Below, piece after piece: positions 8,994 to 18,984 of a stretch of DNA of 29,299 nucleotides. The position numbers and the translations under genes are program-made. The DNA lies in IMG/VR virus record IMGVR_UViG_3300029931_000005; one strand, 5' to 3'. The notes beneath the pieces were generated by a model. It made no database searches, had not been told where the DNA came from, and was given only the letters and a program-made list of their open reading frames with translations. Every line of letters starts with the position of its first letter. Position 1 is the first letter of the stretch. The DNA comes from an uncultured virus (IMG/VR IMGVR_UViG_3300029931_000005). Lineage: Duplodnaviria; Heunggongvirae; Uroviricota; Caudoviricetes.

Positions 8994-11900
8994 TCAGGTG
9001 CCGCCGTAGATGGCACGCAATGTGTTTACATCGGACGAATCGGAAACCCGGTCGCCACGGCCGTTGAAATTCACCACCAACGAACTGCTGGATTGATCAA
9101 TGGTTTGGTTGCCGCCTATGCCAGGGGCAACTGCTTCCGTCAGGTCGAATTGAGGCGCAATACGCATACGAGACATTTCATCGGCAAAGTTTTTCCATGC
9201 GGTGTGCAGAGGGATAGGCGAGCCGGGGATGGCCCATTCGGGCAGGTCTGGGATATGAATCTTGAATTCAAATATGTGTGAGGTTATCCAGGTCCAAAAG
9301 CCCGTAATCGCACTGACCAGTGCGTCCCACCGCTCTTTCAATTCGTTTATAGGTTCCATGAGGCCGGAAATGATTTCGTTCCAGCGATCCCGGAGCTTTT
9401 CCAGAGCGTCTTTTATTTTTTCCTCAGCCCATTCTTTAATGAGGAGGAACACCGGCTCTATTAACCCCCATACCGTGTCCAACTTCTCTTTGATAGCGTC
9501 CCAAATCTCCGCCCACTTTTCCGACAGAAAATCAAACGCCTCTTTGAGGGTTTCCTGGAGCCAGGTTTGCACAGCAATGAAGATCGTTTCTATAAAAATC
9601 CAGGCCAGATTTAGCTTTTGCTGAATGTCTTTCCACTTTTCTGCCCACAATTCGGCCAGGAAACGCACCCAGGGCATGATGTTGTGCTCGATCCACCGGA
9701 TGATTTCCGCAAAAACAGCAACGATTAAATTCCAGACGTTTGTTAGCGCGATCTGAATGTTGTTCCATGATTCTGTCCATCGTGCCCAAAGCTCTTGGAC
9801 GGTTGGCACAAGCGTGTTGACGATCCAATCCCTGATGCTGGTAAACACGCCAGAGATAAAAGCCCATGCTGTGGACAGAGCTTCGGTTATTGCTGGCCAG
9901 GCGATATCCACCCACCATGCACGCAACGTTTCGATGGCTGCCGGCACATTCACCGATAGCCACTGCCAAACAGCCTGCAACAGCGGCTGGATGACGGCCC
10001 ACGCTTCGGCCGTTTTTTCCTGGATGCCCCCCCAATTTTCACGCCAGGCCACCATCAGTAACCCAACAACGGCCGATATGGCAGCAATGGCCACAGTAAG
10101 CGGGCCGCCCAAAGCCGCCACAACAAACTGGATAATGCCACTAATGACAGTCCAGCCACCGAAAGCAGCTGCGATGCCTGTGATAACTGTGTACCAGTAA
10201 GATATGAAGCCAACGACTGCGGACACCGCTGCTACCAAACCGCCAATCCAGCCGACGACAGTGGTAATGATAGTCCAGCCACCGAAGGCAGCCGCGATAC
10301 CCAGGACAATATTGATGATGGTGTCTCGATGCTCCAACAGGAACTCGCCCAACGGCCGTAAAAAGTCAATAAGTGGTTGTAACTTGGCCCTGACGTTCTG
10401 ATAGAACGTCGAAACTCGATTGCTAATGGTAGTAAAGACTTTGCCCCAGGTTTCGCCAAGCTCCTCCATTTGTCCCGTAAGCGGGGCAAACTTTTCGTTG
10501 ACCCGCTCAAAAACGGAATCGAACTTAGAGGCAAACAGATCGCCCATGTCCCCGGCGGCGGCCAATGGCCCCTCGATCATTTCAGGCAGTTCGCCAAGAG
10601 CCTTGCCTAGCTTGCCAGCTGCCCCGCCCGCTGCGCCGCCAACATCGTCAAGCGCATCTTCCAGCTCGGCTAACAAGTCAAGCTGGTCGGTGATCATCTG
10701 GTTGTTTTCTTCGTTAACGTCGACCAGGGCCTGCTGGGCGTCCACCTCATCCTGGATTTGCTCAGCTACCGACTGAGCCGCGTCCAGCTTCTCCTCAGCA
10801 GCCGCGACGGCCGCTGCCTTCTCATCCTCAGTGGCGCGGATCTGCTGCTCTAGCTCGATGCGCCGAGCTTCCATTTCCAGCTGCTCGCGCTCATGGTCGG
10901 TCAGACGCTCTTCGGCCAGCCGCTTGCGGATGCCCGCCAGTTCCTCCTCAGCATCTGCGCCCTGCTGCGCCCGGTTTAGGGCTGCAAGTTCCGCGTTAAG
11001 CGGTGCCAGCAAGTCGTCATATTGCTGAGTGACGGCGTTAACCTCTTCCTGGGCAGCCACCACGGCGTCGTTGGCCGCCTGTAGCTGAAAGAGGGTGGAA
11101 ACATAGTTTTGCAGTGCCGCATCGGTAATGCCGGCACTTTGGAAGATGCCGTTCAGCGCTTCCTGGCTGACGCTGCCCACCTCGCGCATTTGGGCAATGG
11201 CCGCAGCTACGGCCGAACGCGCCCCCATGATCCGGGGGATAAGGTCGGCCTCGGGCACCTGGTCGCCCAGGCTGTTCAGAAAGCCCTCGACGGTGTTGGT
11301 GATTTCGTCAAACACCGAGAAGTCACCATCGCCCCAGCCATCCATGTAGGCGGTCATGGCCCCCGCGCCCCACTCGTCCAGTTTTGGCAGCAGTTTGGGC
11401 GGAGAACCGGGTTGTAACCAGTAGGAGATGATTTGGCCGATTTGGGTAAGCACTGAAATAACGGCCGATGCTGCCGCCGCCATGCCGCTGGCCAGGCTCA
11501 CGATGATGTTCTCGCCCCAGCTGCCAGAGCTATCCGCCAGGGCGTCGAAATTCACCCCCATCGCCCGGGCAAGAGACTTAACGAAGTTGGCCCCAACCTT
11601 GACGATGTTGACGAGGATAGCGGCTATCCCTGCCCCAATTTGCAGTAATCCGGGCAAAATACGTCGAAATGCCGTGACTATCTCGGTGGCCACCGGCAGC
11701 AGCTTGCTACCAATTTCCGTTCCGGCATCTACCACCTCGCCGCGCAGCCCACGCAGCTGGTTGGCCAGCGAAGCACTGGTGCGCTCGGCGTCCCCCATTG
11801 CATCGGCGGCCTGTTCCTGAATGGCGATCATGACGGCCGTGGCACGCGTGGCGCGGTCCATAGCCTGGCCTTGCTCGATGAGACCATGCGTCAGCGCAAT

Positions 11901-12437
11901 GTTCTGCAGAGCCGTTTCGCGCACGTCGATGCCGTATTTCTGCATAGGCTCAGATGAGCCAGCCAATGCGCTGTTGATGTCGAGGATTACTTGGGCGTCT
12001 GCTTGATTGAAGAAACTGCCGAGGTCGGCGCCGGCCTGGGCCACCTGAACAGCGTAAGCAGCCGCCTGCTCCTGACCAAAACCCATCGCCTTGGTCATGG
12101 CAATGGTGGTGGAGACGCTTTGGGCCATTTCGTTGCGACTGCGGTTGGTGGCGGTCGCAATTTCATCTATGCTGGCGGCAAATCCCGATGTGGCTGCGCC
12201 GAGGGATGTGGCGATGAGGGAGTTGGCCTCTTGGGCATCGATGCCCATCCCGATGATGGCTGTGCCGTACTCCTTAACGGCATTAATGCCACCCTGGATG
12301 ATTTTGACCGTCGCACCAATGGCCAGGCCAGCGAGCGCCAGTTTGCCGAGGCTGGACACGGCCGACTGGACAGTGTTTTGCAGGCCAGAGCCGTCCAGGA
12401 CGATTTTTCCGTAGGCCGATCCGACATCCACGCTCAT
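8994..12437 (-). CDS. Tail tape measure protein
   Basis: 1147 aa, Ala-rich helical, coiled coil, hydrophobic segments, periodic Trp in the C-terminal part; follows the tail chaperone genes. Confidence 0.92.
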   Translation of the reverse strand: MSVDVGSAYGKIVLDGSGLQNTVQSAVSSLGKLALAGLAIGATVKIIQGGINAVKEYGTAIIGMGIDAQEANSLIATSLGAATSGFAASIDEIATATNRSRNEMAQSVSTTIAMTKAMGFGQEQAAAYAVQVAQAGADLGSFFNQADAQVILDINSALAGSSEPMQKYGIDVRETALQNIALTHGLIEQGQAMDRATRATAVMIAIQEQAADAMGDAERTSASLANQLRGLRGEVVDAGTEIGSKLLPVATEIVTAFRRILPGLLQIGAGIAAILVNIVKVGANFVKSLARAMGVNFDALADSSGSWGENIIVSLASGMAAAASAVISVLTQIGQIISYWLQPGSPPKLLPKLDEWGAGAMTAYMDGWGDGDFSVFDEITNTVEGFLNSLGDQVPEADLIPRIMGARSAVAAAIAQMREVGSVSQEALNGIFQSAGITDAALQNYVSTLFQLQAANDAVVAAQEEVNAVTQQYDDLLAPLNAELAALNRAQQGADAEEELAGIRKRLAEERLTDHEREQLEMEARRIELEQQIRATEDEKAAAVAAAEEKLDAAQSVAEQIQDEVDAQQALVDVNEENNQMITDQLDLLAELEDALDDVGGAAGGAAGKLGKALGELPEMIEGPLAAAGDMGDLFASKFDSVFERVNEKFAPLTGQMEELGETWGKVFTTISNRVSTFYQNVRAKLQPLIDFLRPLGEFLLEHRDTIINIVLGIAAAFGGWTIITTVVGWIGGLVAAVSAVVGFISYWYTVITGIAAAFGGWTVISGIIQFVVAALGGPLTVAIAAISAVVGLLMVAWRENWGGIQEKTAEAWAVIQPLLQAVWQWLSVNVPAAIETLRAWWVDIAWPAITEALSTAWAFISGVFTSIRDWIVNTLVPTVQELWARWTESWNNIQIALTNVWNLIVAVFAEIIRWIEHNIMPWVRFLAELWAEKWKDIQQKLNLAWIFIETIFIAVQTWLQETLKEAFDFLSEKWAEIWDAIKEKLDTVWGLIEPVFLLIKEWAEEKIKDALEKLRDRWNEIISGLMEPINELKERWDALVSAITGFWTWITSHIFEFKIHIPDLPEWAIPGSPIPLHTAWKNFADEMSRMRIAPQFDLTEAVAPGIGGNQTIDQSSSSLVVNFNGRGDRVSDSSDVNTLRAIYGGT

Positions 12438-12444
12438 CTAATTG

Positions 12445-12717
12445 CTACCTCATCAGTGCCAGCCAGTCGCTGCGCGTGGCCTGCCGCTTGCCGCCAGATG
12501 GCTGTTTTGGTTTGGCCTTATTCACGGCCGTAGAAGCTGACGGGCGTTCCTGATAGGCACGTTCTTCGGCGCGGTTCCCTACTACACGGACATAAACGTC
12601 AAAGTTGAGCGCGGCCAGAGGGTCTTGTATCCCGATCAGACTACTTGGCCTTTGGCCGTACGCGCTTCCCACGTGGTGCAGCAGCTCCAGCTGATCCCGG
12701 TTGTTGGCCACGAAAGG
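12445..12717 (-). CDS. Tail assembly chaperone C-terminal extension (gpT-like), probably reached by frameshift
   Basis: Overlaps the upstream ORF in the +1 frame, has no clear SD, and carries YGQRPSSLIGIQD..ALNFD. Confidence 0.65.
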   Translation of the reverse strand, partial: PFVANNRDQLELLHHVGSAYGQRPSSLIGIQDPLAALNFDVYVRVVGNRAEERAYQERPSASTAVNKAKPKQPSGGKRQATRSDWLALMR

Positions 12718-13138
12718 GCTTGAGCGCATCAGTCGCGCTCAGGGTTTGCTGCATGACGTAAAGCTTGTCGGTCATCTCGTCGTCAAATTCAGCCAGAGCC
12801 AGCGTGTTGTTGGCCAGGTCCGTTGTTGCGCCAATGCGAGGCGATACCATGGAGGCCACAAACACGGCGTCGATGAGGCCCATGTACTGGCCCAGGTTTT
12901 TAACAACCTCGGCTTCGTCGATTGCGACCGTGCCCTTTTTTGTCAGGTCCGTGATCAGCGTCAGGGGAATGTGGCCATTTAGCGCCAGGCTTTCGACAGA
13001 CACCGACTTCCGGCGCTTGATAGCCAGACCAGATGGCAGCTTGTCGTCTACCACCTGGTCGGCTTTTCTTTTCAACCACTCTTCCGGCGTAACGGCCGTT
13101 ACCACCACGCCTTCTTCACTGTTTCCCTTCCCACTCAT
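12641..13138 (-). CDS. Tail assembly chaperone (gpG-like)
   Basis: Lies between major tail protein and tape measure; LPSGLAIKRRK N-terminal motif; AAGGGGG SD. Confidence 0.75.
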   Translation of the reverse strand: MSGKGNSEEGVVVTAVTPEEWLKRKADQVVDDKLPSGLAIKRRKSVSVESLALNGHIPLTLITDLTKKGTVAIDEAEVVKNLGQYMGLIDAVFVASMVSPRIGATTDLANNTLALAEFDDEMTDKLYVMQQTLSATDALKPFRGQQPGSAGAAAPRGKRVRPKAK

Positions 13139-13152
13139 TAACTAAGTCCCCC

Positions 13153-13686
13153 TTAAGAAGCTGGTACAGATGCAGCGGTTTCGTGCTGGACGGTCTTGGC
13201 AACGCCATTGGTGCCGTCGTCAAAGCACTCGGCCTCAAATTCGTTCATGCGGAAGTTGCCATTTTCAAGCTTCATGAAGCCGGGCATACCGGAGAGCTTG
13301 ACCTTGTAGCACAAGAGATGCAGGTCACCAGACCCCTCATCCATAGCCTGCGCGTAAAACTTGAAGTACGGCAGGCGCTGACCAGCGTTAAGCTGCATGG
13401 TGGTGACCTCGTTGGGGGTAGAGCCTGTCGTGGTGGGGGTAATGCCCATCATAATGGCCAAAGCCGCTGCGGAATACTGGCCAGCGCTGAATTTCAGCTG
13501 GCCCCCGACGATGTAAAAGACAGACCCCTTGTTGGCATCATCGCCTTTGAGAATGCCGCCTTCCAATTCGGGGACAAATTCGGCCGTTACGGCCGCGCCC
13601 AGGTCCTCCTGAACCGAGCCGCCGATGTTAGTGACCTTTATGTCCCTGCACCCGAATACAATGTTGCCGTAGGTTGGACTAGCCAT
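13153..13686 (-). CDS. Major tail tube protein
   Basis: IVFGCRDIKV...LKGDD...DLHLLCYKVK resembles phi13-type tail tube proteins; synteny. Confidence 0.8.
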   Translation of the reverse strand: MASPTYGNIVFGCRDIKVTNIGGSVQEDLGAAVTAEFVPELEGGILKGDDANKGSVFYIVGGQLKFSAGQYSAAALAIMMGITPTTTGSTPNEVTTMQLNAGQRLPYFKFYAQAMDEGSGDLHLLCYKVKLSGMPGFMKLENGNFRMNEFEAECFDDGTNGVAKTVQHETAASVPAS

Positions 13687-14062
13687 TTGTTGCCTCCATC
13701 ATTTTGGTTGCTTGTTCAAACCAGCTTTCGATGAGCTGGCGACTGGCACCTGTGTTGGCGGAGACAAATTCAAGCCCCGCTTCAACCAGTTGACCGACTG
13801 TATGAATGTTCAGCCCAGCCAGCTCCGCTGCACGGTCTTTGCTCAGGCCAGAGATGACGGCCACCTGTCGGTCAGGTGCAGGTATCTCGTCATCAAGAAT
13901 TTGGAATTGCTGATAGGGATAATTGCGCAGGGTTTCCAGGAACGCGGGATCGGTAATGGTAACCGTCCAGTTGTTTGCCCGGTTCCAGACTCGGCCATCC
14001 AACTCGCGCTCGCCCTCGTGACCCACAAACTTCACGCGGATACTGAGTTTTGCGGATTTCAT
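13679..14062 (-). CDS. Helix-hairpin-helix domain protein
   Basis: ISGLSKDRAAELAGLNIHTVGQLV...TGASRQLIESWFEQA, an HhH-like pattern. Confidence 0.6.
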   Translation of the reverse strand: MKSAKLSIRVKFVGHEGERELDGRVWNRANNWTVTITDPAFLETLRNYPYQQFQILDDEIPAPDRQVAVISGLSKDRAAELAGLNIHTVGQLVEAGLEFVSANTGASRQLIESWFEQATKMMEATNG

Positions 14063-14394
14063 GATTCGGGCACCTCGATAAAGGCAATGGTCGTGTTGGT
14101 TGTGGCGTCGTAATTGACGTAGACCGTGCCATCAGCCTGGATGTAATCCGGTGTAAATCCACCGATATACCGCTCTGAGTTCCCCGGCACGGTCACGCTT
14201 TTGGGTGCAATTGTTTGGCCGTCCACGGTACGGCCGAACGGGATAGTGATGACACGTGCGCCGGTGCCCTGTTTGACATGCAGCACAGTGGCGCGTCCAG
14301 GCTTAAACGCATGACCATCCACATTTGCGTTTCTGTAGGTAGCTGCCATGCCTGCCCGGCTGGTCCTTTCGATATCTACGGTTATTCTTGCCAT
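14059..14394 (-). CDS. Small beta-rich virion protein
   Basis: Start moved to ATG 14394 (TAATG coupling with the upstream stop): MARITVDIERTSRAG...DGTVYVNYD. Confidence 0.65.
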   Translation of the reverse strand: MARITVDIERTSRAGMAATYRNANVDGHAFKPGRATVLHVKQGTGARVITIPFGRTVDGQTIAPKSVTVPGNSERYIGGFTPDYIQADGTVYVNYDATTNTTIAFIEVPES

Positions 14395-14810
14395 TAGCCG
14401 ATGTACCTCACGATCTCGAACCGGAGCACGTGCATAGAGGCGTCCAGTGTGGCATCTCGCCGCTCGTTCACGCTGTTTACCCAGCGCATTTCCCAAACCT
14501 TATCGGCTGGGTCACCCACCTTCTGGCGGTGGAACTTGGTGCGGGTGTAGTCTCTGGCCGCGTCAATGACGGCGTAGCCGGTTCTTTGATAAAAGAAAAC
14601 TGTGCAATTAAGGCGACCGGCAAACTCGTCCGGTCCAGATGCAAACTCGCCAGGTGTTGTCACCAGCGCACAGGGCAGCAGTTCGTCATTGGCGTCAAAA
14701 GCCGCTGGCGTCAGCTGTCGGCTGATCTCGTTGGTGGCGTGGATGCCGCCGGTGAGGATGGCGCTCAACGTGCTGTCTGCCTGCATGGCTGCCTGGATCA
14801 CTGTTCGCAT
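14394..14810 (-). CDS. Tail terminator/completion protein
   Basis: AAMQADSTLSAILTGGIH start typical of tail-completion proteins; upstream of the major tail gene. Confidence 0.7.
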   Translation of the reverse strand: MRTVIQAAMQADSTLSAILTGGIHATNEISRQLTPAAFDANDELLPCALVTTPGEFASGPDEFAGRLNCTVFFYQRTGYAVIDAARDYTRTKFHRQKVGDPADKVWEMRWVNSVNERRDATLDASMHVLRFEIVRYIG

Positions 14811-14850
14811 GTAGGGATGTTAGGTGAGGTCCGCCAACGGGTTGTTGGCA
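14811..14850 (-). promoter_or_regulatory. Conserved phage promoter-like element, copy 2 (leaderless), heading the tail operon
   Basis: TGCCAACAACCC-N16-TAACAT-N6-ATG(14810), with no SD. Confidence 0.75.
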
Positions 14851-14880
14851 CAAGAAGGGGATTTTGAGGTTATACGGCCG

Positions 14881-15684
14881 TTACGAAGATTTCAGAGATT
14901 CGATCAGCCCAATTGCTCCAGACAGCTCGTAGGAAACTCGCTTTAGTTGCTCTAGGGTATAGTCGTCAATTGGGGATTTGCGGGCTAACAAATGGGCCTT
15001 CAAACGAAGGGGGGCCTGAAACTCGTTGCCAAGCGTGTCTCCAATGATGGTATACACCTCCTCCATCTGGATAAACCAATCCTGGCGGCGAAGGTCGCTC
15101 TCAGCTTGTGCAGCACAAAAGCGCAAAGAATGCTCCAATTTGGACACCTCAAGGCGAGCGCTGCGCACCACCTCGTCATTGGCCAGTTCGATCAATTTTG
15201 TTAAATCAACTTCCTCACCAGCGTAACGCCAGACAGCCTGGGAAAAATCCGGCACATCATCGGCTGTGCGTTTGGCAATATTGGCAACAAACTCTATAGG
15301 AAGGCCGTGGCATTTTCGTTGTTTGGCAGCTCTAATCTGCTTGAGAACACCGGCCTTATTCATCTCTATAAGCCCCCACCCTTCTGGAAGCTCGTCAACG
15401 AAAATGACGCCCCCTGGAGCAACGAAATAGGCCTCGTTCGAGTGGAGATAAGCAAACTCGCGCTTGATAGGTTTTTTCAGCTCCCGCAAGAAATCCGCTC
15501 TCGTTACTTTCACCTCATAGACGATGCAGTAACCAAGTGGGGTGCTGCCGCAGCCGGTAGCAATGGCAAAAAAGTCGATTCGCTGTCGGTTTGGTGCTGC
15601 TAACTCAGCAAACGACGCCCATTTGTCGGCGTGACGAGTACAAAGCAATCGTATTATCTTCTGCGATACCTGCTTATTGTCCAA
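14881..15684 (-). CDS. MmcB-like PD-(D/E)XK nuclease-fold protein
   Basis: RIDFFAI...YEVKVTRADFLRE..KP.K...YFVAP.G....ELPEGWGL; looks lower in GC than its neighbours. Confidence 0.7.
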   Translation of the reverse strand: MDNKQVSQKIIRLLCTRHADKWASFAELAAPNRQRIDFFAIATGCGSTPLGYCIVYEVKVTRADFLRELKKPIKREFAYLHSNEAYFVAPGGVIFVDELPEGWGLIEMNKAGVLKQIRAAKQRKCHGLPIEFVANIAKRTADDVPDFSQAVWRYAGEEVDLTKLIELANDEVVRSARLEVSKLEHSLRFCAAQAESDLRRQDWFIQMEEVYTIIGDTLGNEFQAPLRLKAHLLARKSPIDDYTLEQLKRVSYELSGAIGLIESLKSS

Positions 15685-16889
15685 GAGCTATCTTCCAGAA
15701 AATGTTGCCTAAACTGTAATGGTCTGAGAAGGACCAGTAGGCCATCGAAAGCGCCACGCCATTGGTAACAAGGCTGGCAGAAACATCGCCACCAATCAAG
15801 GTTTCATAAGAATCCATTGCAGGCCACGAGGAGGAGCCAGTCATCCAGCCCCGCAACTTGTCTACAAACTCGTCGCTGTCCATAAGTACGGCCGTAGCAA
15901 AACAAAGGCAATTTGGATGCAAGGGCAGAATAATTTCACCAAGCGGGTACACACCATCACCATCCTCTCCGCCTTCGGCCACATCGTCGCACTCGTCGTA
16001 GCCAGCGTGGGCGGGGCTAAGATTTATCTTCTCCTTCTCTACCCACGGCATATTTTCAAACTGCTGTCGCGTTGCCATATGATGAATAGCCTGTATCTCG
16101 GTCCGGGCCAGGCGCAGCGCGTTGTAGCTCACCCCTTGCCCGGCGCAATCTTTGCCGGTCACCAGGCCAAGGCGATTCTTGCGAGCGATGTCACTCTTGG
16201 TGAGGGTGTACAGGCGCTCCTCTGTCCAGCGAGGGCAACCCTGGTTGGCCCCCAGATACTGCTCCAGCATTTCGGCCGTATCCCAGGCGCTCTTCCCCTC
16301 AGAGATAGCCAGAGAGATAACCCGGTCTATGCCCTGACGTGATGTCTGGTCCATTCGCCAAATTCGATTGCTGAGCTGCAGGCCGTCGCTGTACACTCGC
16401 CGCTGGGCGGCATCGAGCAGCAGCTGGAGCTGGGGATCAAAAACGCCGCCAGCAACCCGCTGCTGTTCAGTCAACAGCGACGGCCGTTTCCGGCGACTCT
16501 CCTGAATCTCATCGAGGGCGGGCAGCACGATGTCGCGATGCATCACGGCAAGGGTGCCAAAGGGGATGGCCGCCGCGTGACGCATGGCCCGGCCCAATAG
16601 CTCCGCATATAGCTGGAAACTCATCCCAGGCATCGAGCGTAGCCCGCAGCGCCCGCGAGCCGATAACAGAATCCACCTTCTCCCCACCCTGCCGCAAAAC
16701 GGCCGTGCCAGCATTGGCCACGTCCAGCAGCAGGCGATGAACCTCCCCCATGACGAAGAGGTTAAGGCGCACCACGGCCACCTGCTGCGCCTGGTGGACA
16801 TTTTTCAGGGTGATGTCGTCCAGCGTAGCGTCTGGCAGCGCAACCTCTGCTTCTTCTATTAAATGTGGGGTAATTACACCGATATTCAC
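15674..16889 (-). CDS. Head morphogenesis protein (SPP1 gp7 / Mu gpF-like), split by a +1 frame change near 16617
   Basis: N-terminal part in ORF 16509..16889 (coupled to the portal stop). C-terminal part in ORF 15674..16801 with LSNRIW, NALRLARTE and PLHPNCLC. Confidence 0.75.
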
Positions 16890-18190
16890 GGGGTAAAACC
16901 CTTAGCCAGCGAGCTGGCAATATTTGCCAGCCGCTCAGGGTCTAAATCCCCCCCACCCTCCGGCAGCAGCAGCTCCGGCTCTACGCCCAGGTATGGGGCA
17001 ATGATGGTGGCAATAATGTTGGCGGGGATGCCCAGGATTTGCATCTTTACGGCCGCTTCCACAATATTGCGAATGTCTTCTGGTGTGACCTTCTTCTTGG
17101 GCGGCCGCTTGATGGAATATTCCACCGTGTCCGGCAAGATGCCCAACAGCAACCACTGACGGTGCAGCAGCGGCTCCAGAATGTCGCCAACCACCCAGCC
17201 CCAAATCTCATCCAGAGATTCATCATACTGCTCTTTCTGGTAACCAATTACAGAGTAGTCAATATCCTGGCCATAACCCAGGATAGCCATCGGTGCGGGA
17301 GAATTGAGCCACCAGGTATTGAGGTGGTGGCGGATGTCGGTAATCTCACCCAGCTGGGCGTCGCCCTGCAGCACGCTTACATCGCCGTCGCTGTTCATGA
17401 AGAGGTCAGCCACGGCCGCAAAGGGGTTGTCCAGCACGGCCTTATTTTGCGTCTGGTATTTGGCCACGGCCCCCTCATCGTTCGTTTTCAGCTTGTGGAC
17501 AAATTTTAGACCAGCGCGAGTTTTCCGGCGCACGGCCACATCCAGCTCGCCCTGGTCCATGCGCTTGTAGGCTTTTTGCCCAGCGGCCAGCAGGGGACGG
17601 CCGTACCGTTCACCCTCATCATGGTCCCACCGAGCGTGAATGATTTCCCACTCGGCCAGCCAGATGTCATCTTTGTCAGGTTTCGTTTGCCACGGCCGTA
17701 CGGAATACCAGAAGGCCCGCAGCGGATCATCGAACCGGTCCAGGCCGTTGGAATTGCGGTGCATGTTGAGGGTAGGCTTGCGGGTAACGTCTACGATAAG
17801 ACGTTGGTTATTGACTGCCAGCTGCAGGAACTCATCACCATCCCGCAAGCAAAGGCGTACCCAATCGTCCAGGCGGCTCTGGAGCTTAATCCGCTTCACA
17901 AGGGCATCGGCAGCTTCTTTGGCGCGGGCATCGGTAGCTTCTATCTGGAAGCCGGCTTTTGTCGCATCCCGAGCAACTGCGGCCAATATCTCTTTGGCAC
18001 GGCCGTCCCCGCTAACGATTTCTCGGCTGTGCAGGATGTCGGCCATCCGCCCCTTCTTGGTTTCAAAGGCGGAGAAAATATCGGGAGCCTGGCGGCTCCG
18101 ATCGTCAACAAGCTGCTGAAACTCATCGGCCGTTGTGGGTTCACTGCGGCCCCGGCTAAAAAGGCGGTTAACTGCGTCTCGTAGGCCCAT
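16886..18190 (-). CDS. Portal protein
   Basis: 434 aa; IIHARW...YGRPLL....KAYKRM...ELDVAVRRKTRAG resembles the T4 gp20-like portal motif; precedes the head morphogenesis gene. Confidence 0.8.
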   Translation of the reverse strand: MGLRDAVNRLFSRGRSEPTTADEFQQLVDDRSRQAPDIFSAFETKKGRMADILHSREIVSGDGRAKEILAAVARDATKAGFQIEATDARAKEAADALVKRIKLQSRLDDWVRLCLRDGDEFLQLAVNNQRLIVDVTRKPTLNMHRNSNGLDRFDDPLRAFWYSVRPWQTKPDKDDIWLAEWEIIHARWDHDEGERYGRPLLAAGQKAYKRMDQGELDVAVRRKTRAGLKFVHKLKTNDEGAVAKYQTQNKAVLDNPFAAVADLFMNSDGDVSVLQGDAQLGEITDIRHHLNTWWLNSPAPMAILGYGQDIDYSVIGYQKEQYDESLDEIWGWVVGDILEPLLHRQWLLLGILPDTVEYSIKRPPKKKVTPEDIRNIVEAAVKMQILGIPANIIATIIAPYLGVEPELLLPEGGGDLDPERLANIASSLAKGFTP

Positions 18191-18191
18191 A

Positions 18192-18560
18192 TCAATCTTT
18201 CAACAGTCTATCCAGTGCGTCTTCTATCTCTGGAGCCAACAGGTCAATGGTCGGCACGATAATGGCATACATCCCACCGTGATCTAGCTCCAGATGAATA
18301 CCATACTCAATCGTGTGGCCATGACTCAGATAGATCGTGACCACCCCGTCAGCGGTATGCTCTGCAATTGAGAACAAACCGCTGCGGGCATTTCCAGTGC
18401 GATCCTCCCATGGAGCACCTATTCGCATCTCGTCTTGCGCCTCAGCGGCAAAATATTCGCCTAAGGCCAGGATGGATGCAAAGACGCGTTCGCCGTACTT
18501 TTCAATGTTACGGGCCAGCGCGTCCGGGTGCTTAACCCACTGGAATCCACTGGTGGCCAT
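18192..18560 (-). CDS. Neck protein (HK97 gp10-like)
   Basis: APWEDRTGNARSGL...IEYGIHLEL...YAIIVPT. Confidence 0.8.
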   Translation of the reverse strand: MATSGFQWVKHPDALARNIEKYGERVFASILALGEYFAAEAQDEMRIGAPWEDRTGNARSGLFSIAEHTADGVVTIYLSHGHTIEYGIHLELDHGGMYAIIVPTIDLLAPEIEDALDRLLKD

Positions 18561-18564
18561 GGGT

Positions 18565-18984
18565 TTACCCTGCGGGTGTAAATGTCGTGGGTGGTGCCAG
18601 GAGATAGGGATTCGGGTCTTTTAGGGAAGGCTTCACAGCGTTAAAGACGCCCTCCACAAAGTCATCCACCTGCTCCCGTGTAAGCGGCCAGCCCTGAGTA
18701 TGGGCAAAGGTGTAGACCGCATTAACCACAAACTCTTTTTTCTGCGCGTTGGTTTCCAGGCCCAACTGCTGCTCGGCGCTCCGGATCATGGCTTCGGTAA
18801 AGCCCCATACCAGATTGAAACGCTCGGTGCCCAGCTGCGCGGCCACCTTCTCGCGAAGGACCAGGAAATAGAGCCGCGCCTGATTGGCCAGGATGGGCAC
18901 AACCAGGGTGACGATGACGCTGAGCAAACCCAGGCCCAGCCGCCACAACAGTTCAGAAGTGAAATTTTCCAAGATGCTATTCAT
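18565..18984 (-). CDS. Holin (LL-H-like)
   Basis: One N-terminal TM helix, then IRSAEQ...AQKKEFV...QVDDFVEGVF. Confidence 0.65.
   Translation of the reverse strand: MNSILENFTSELLWRLGLGLLSVIVTLVVPILANQARLYFLVLREKVAAQLGTERFNLVWGFTEAMIRSAEQQLGLETNAQKKEFVVNAVYTFAHTQGWPLTREQVDDFVEGVFNAVKPSLKDPNPYLLAPPTTFTPAG

Noticed and set aside
12698..12708. Fifth copy of the promoter motif (GCCAACAACCG)
   Set aside because: Inside coding sequence and there is no TANNNT at the 16-nt spacing.
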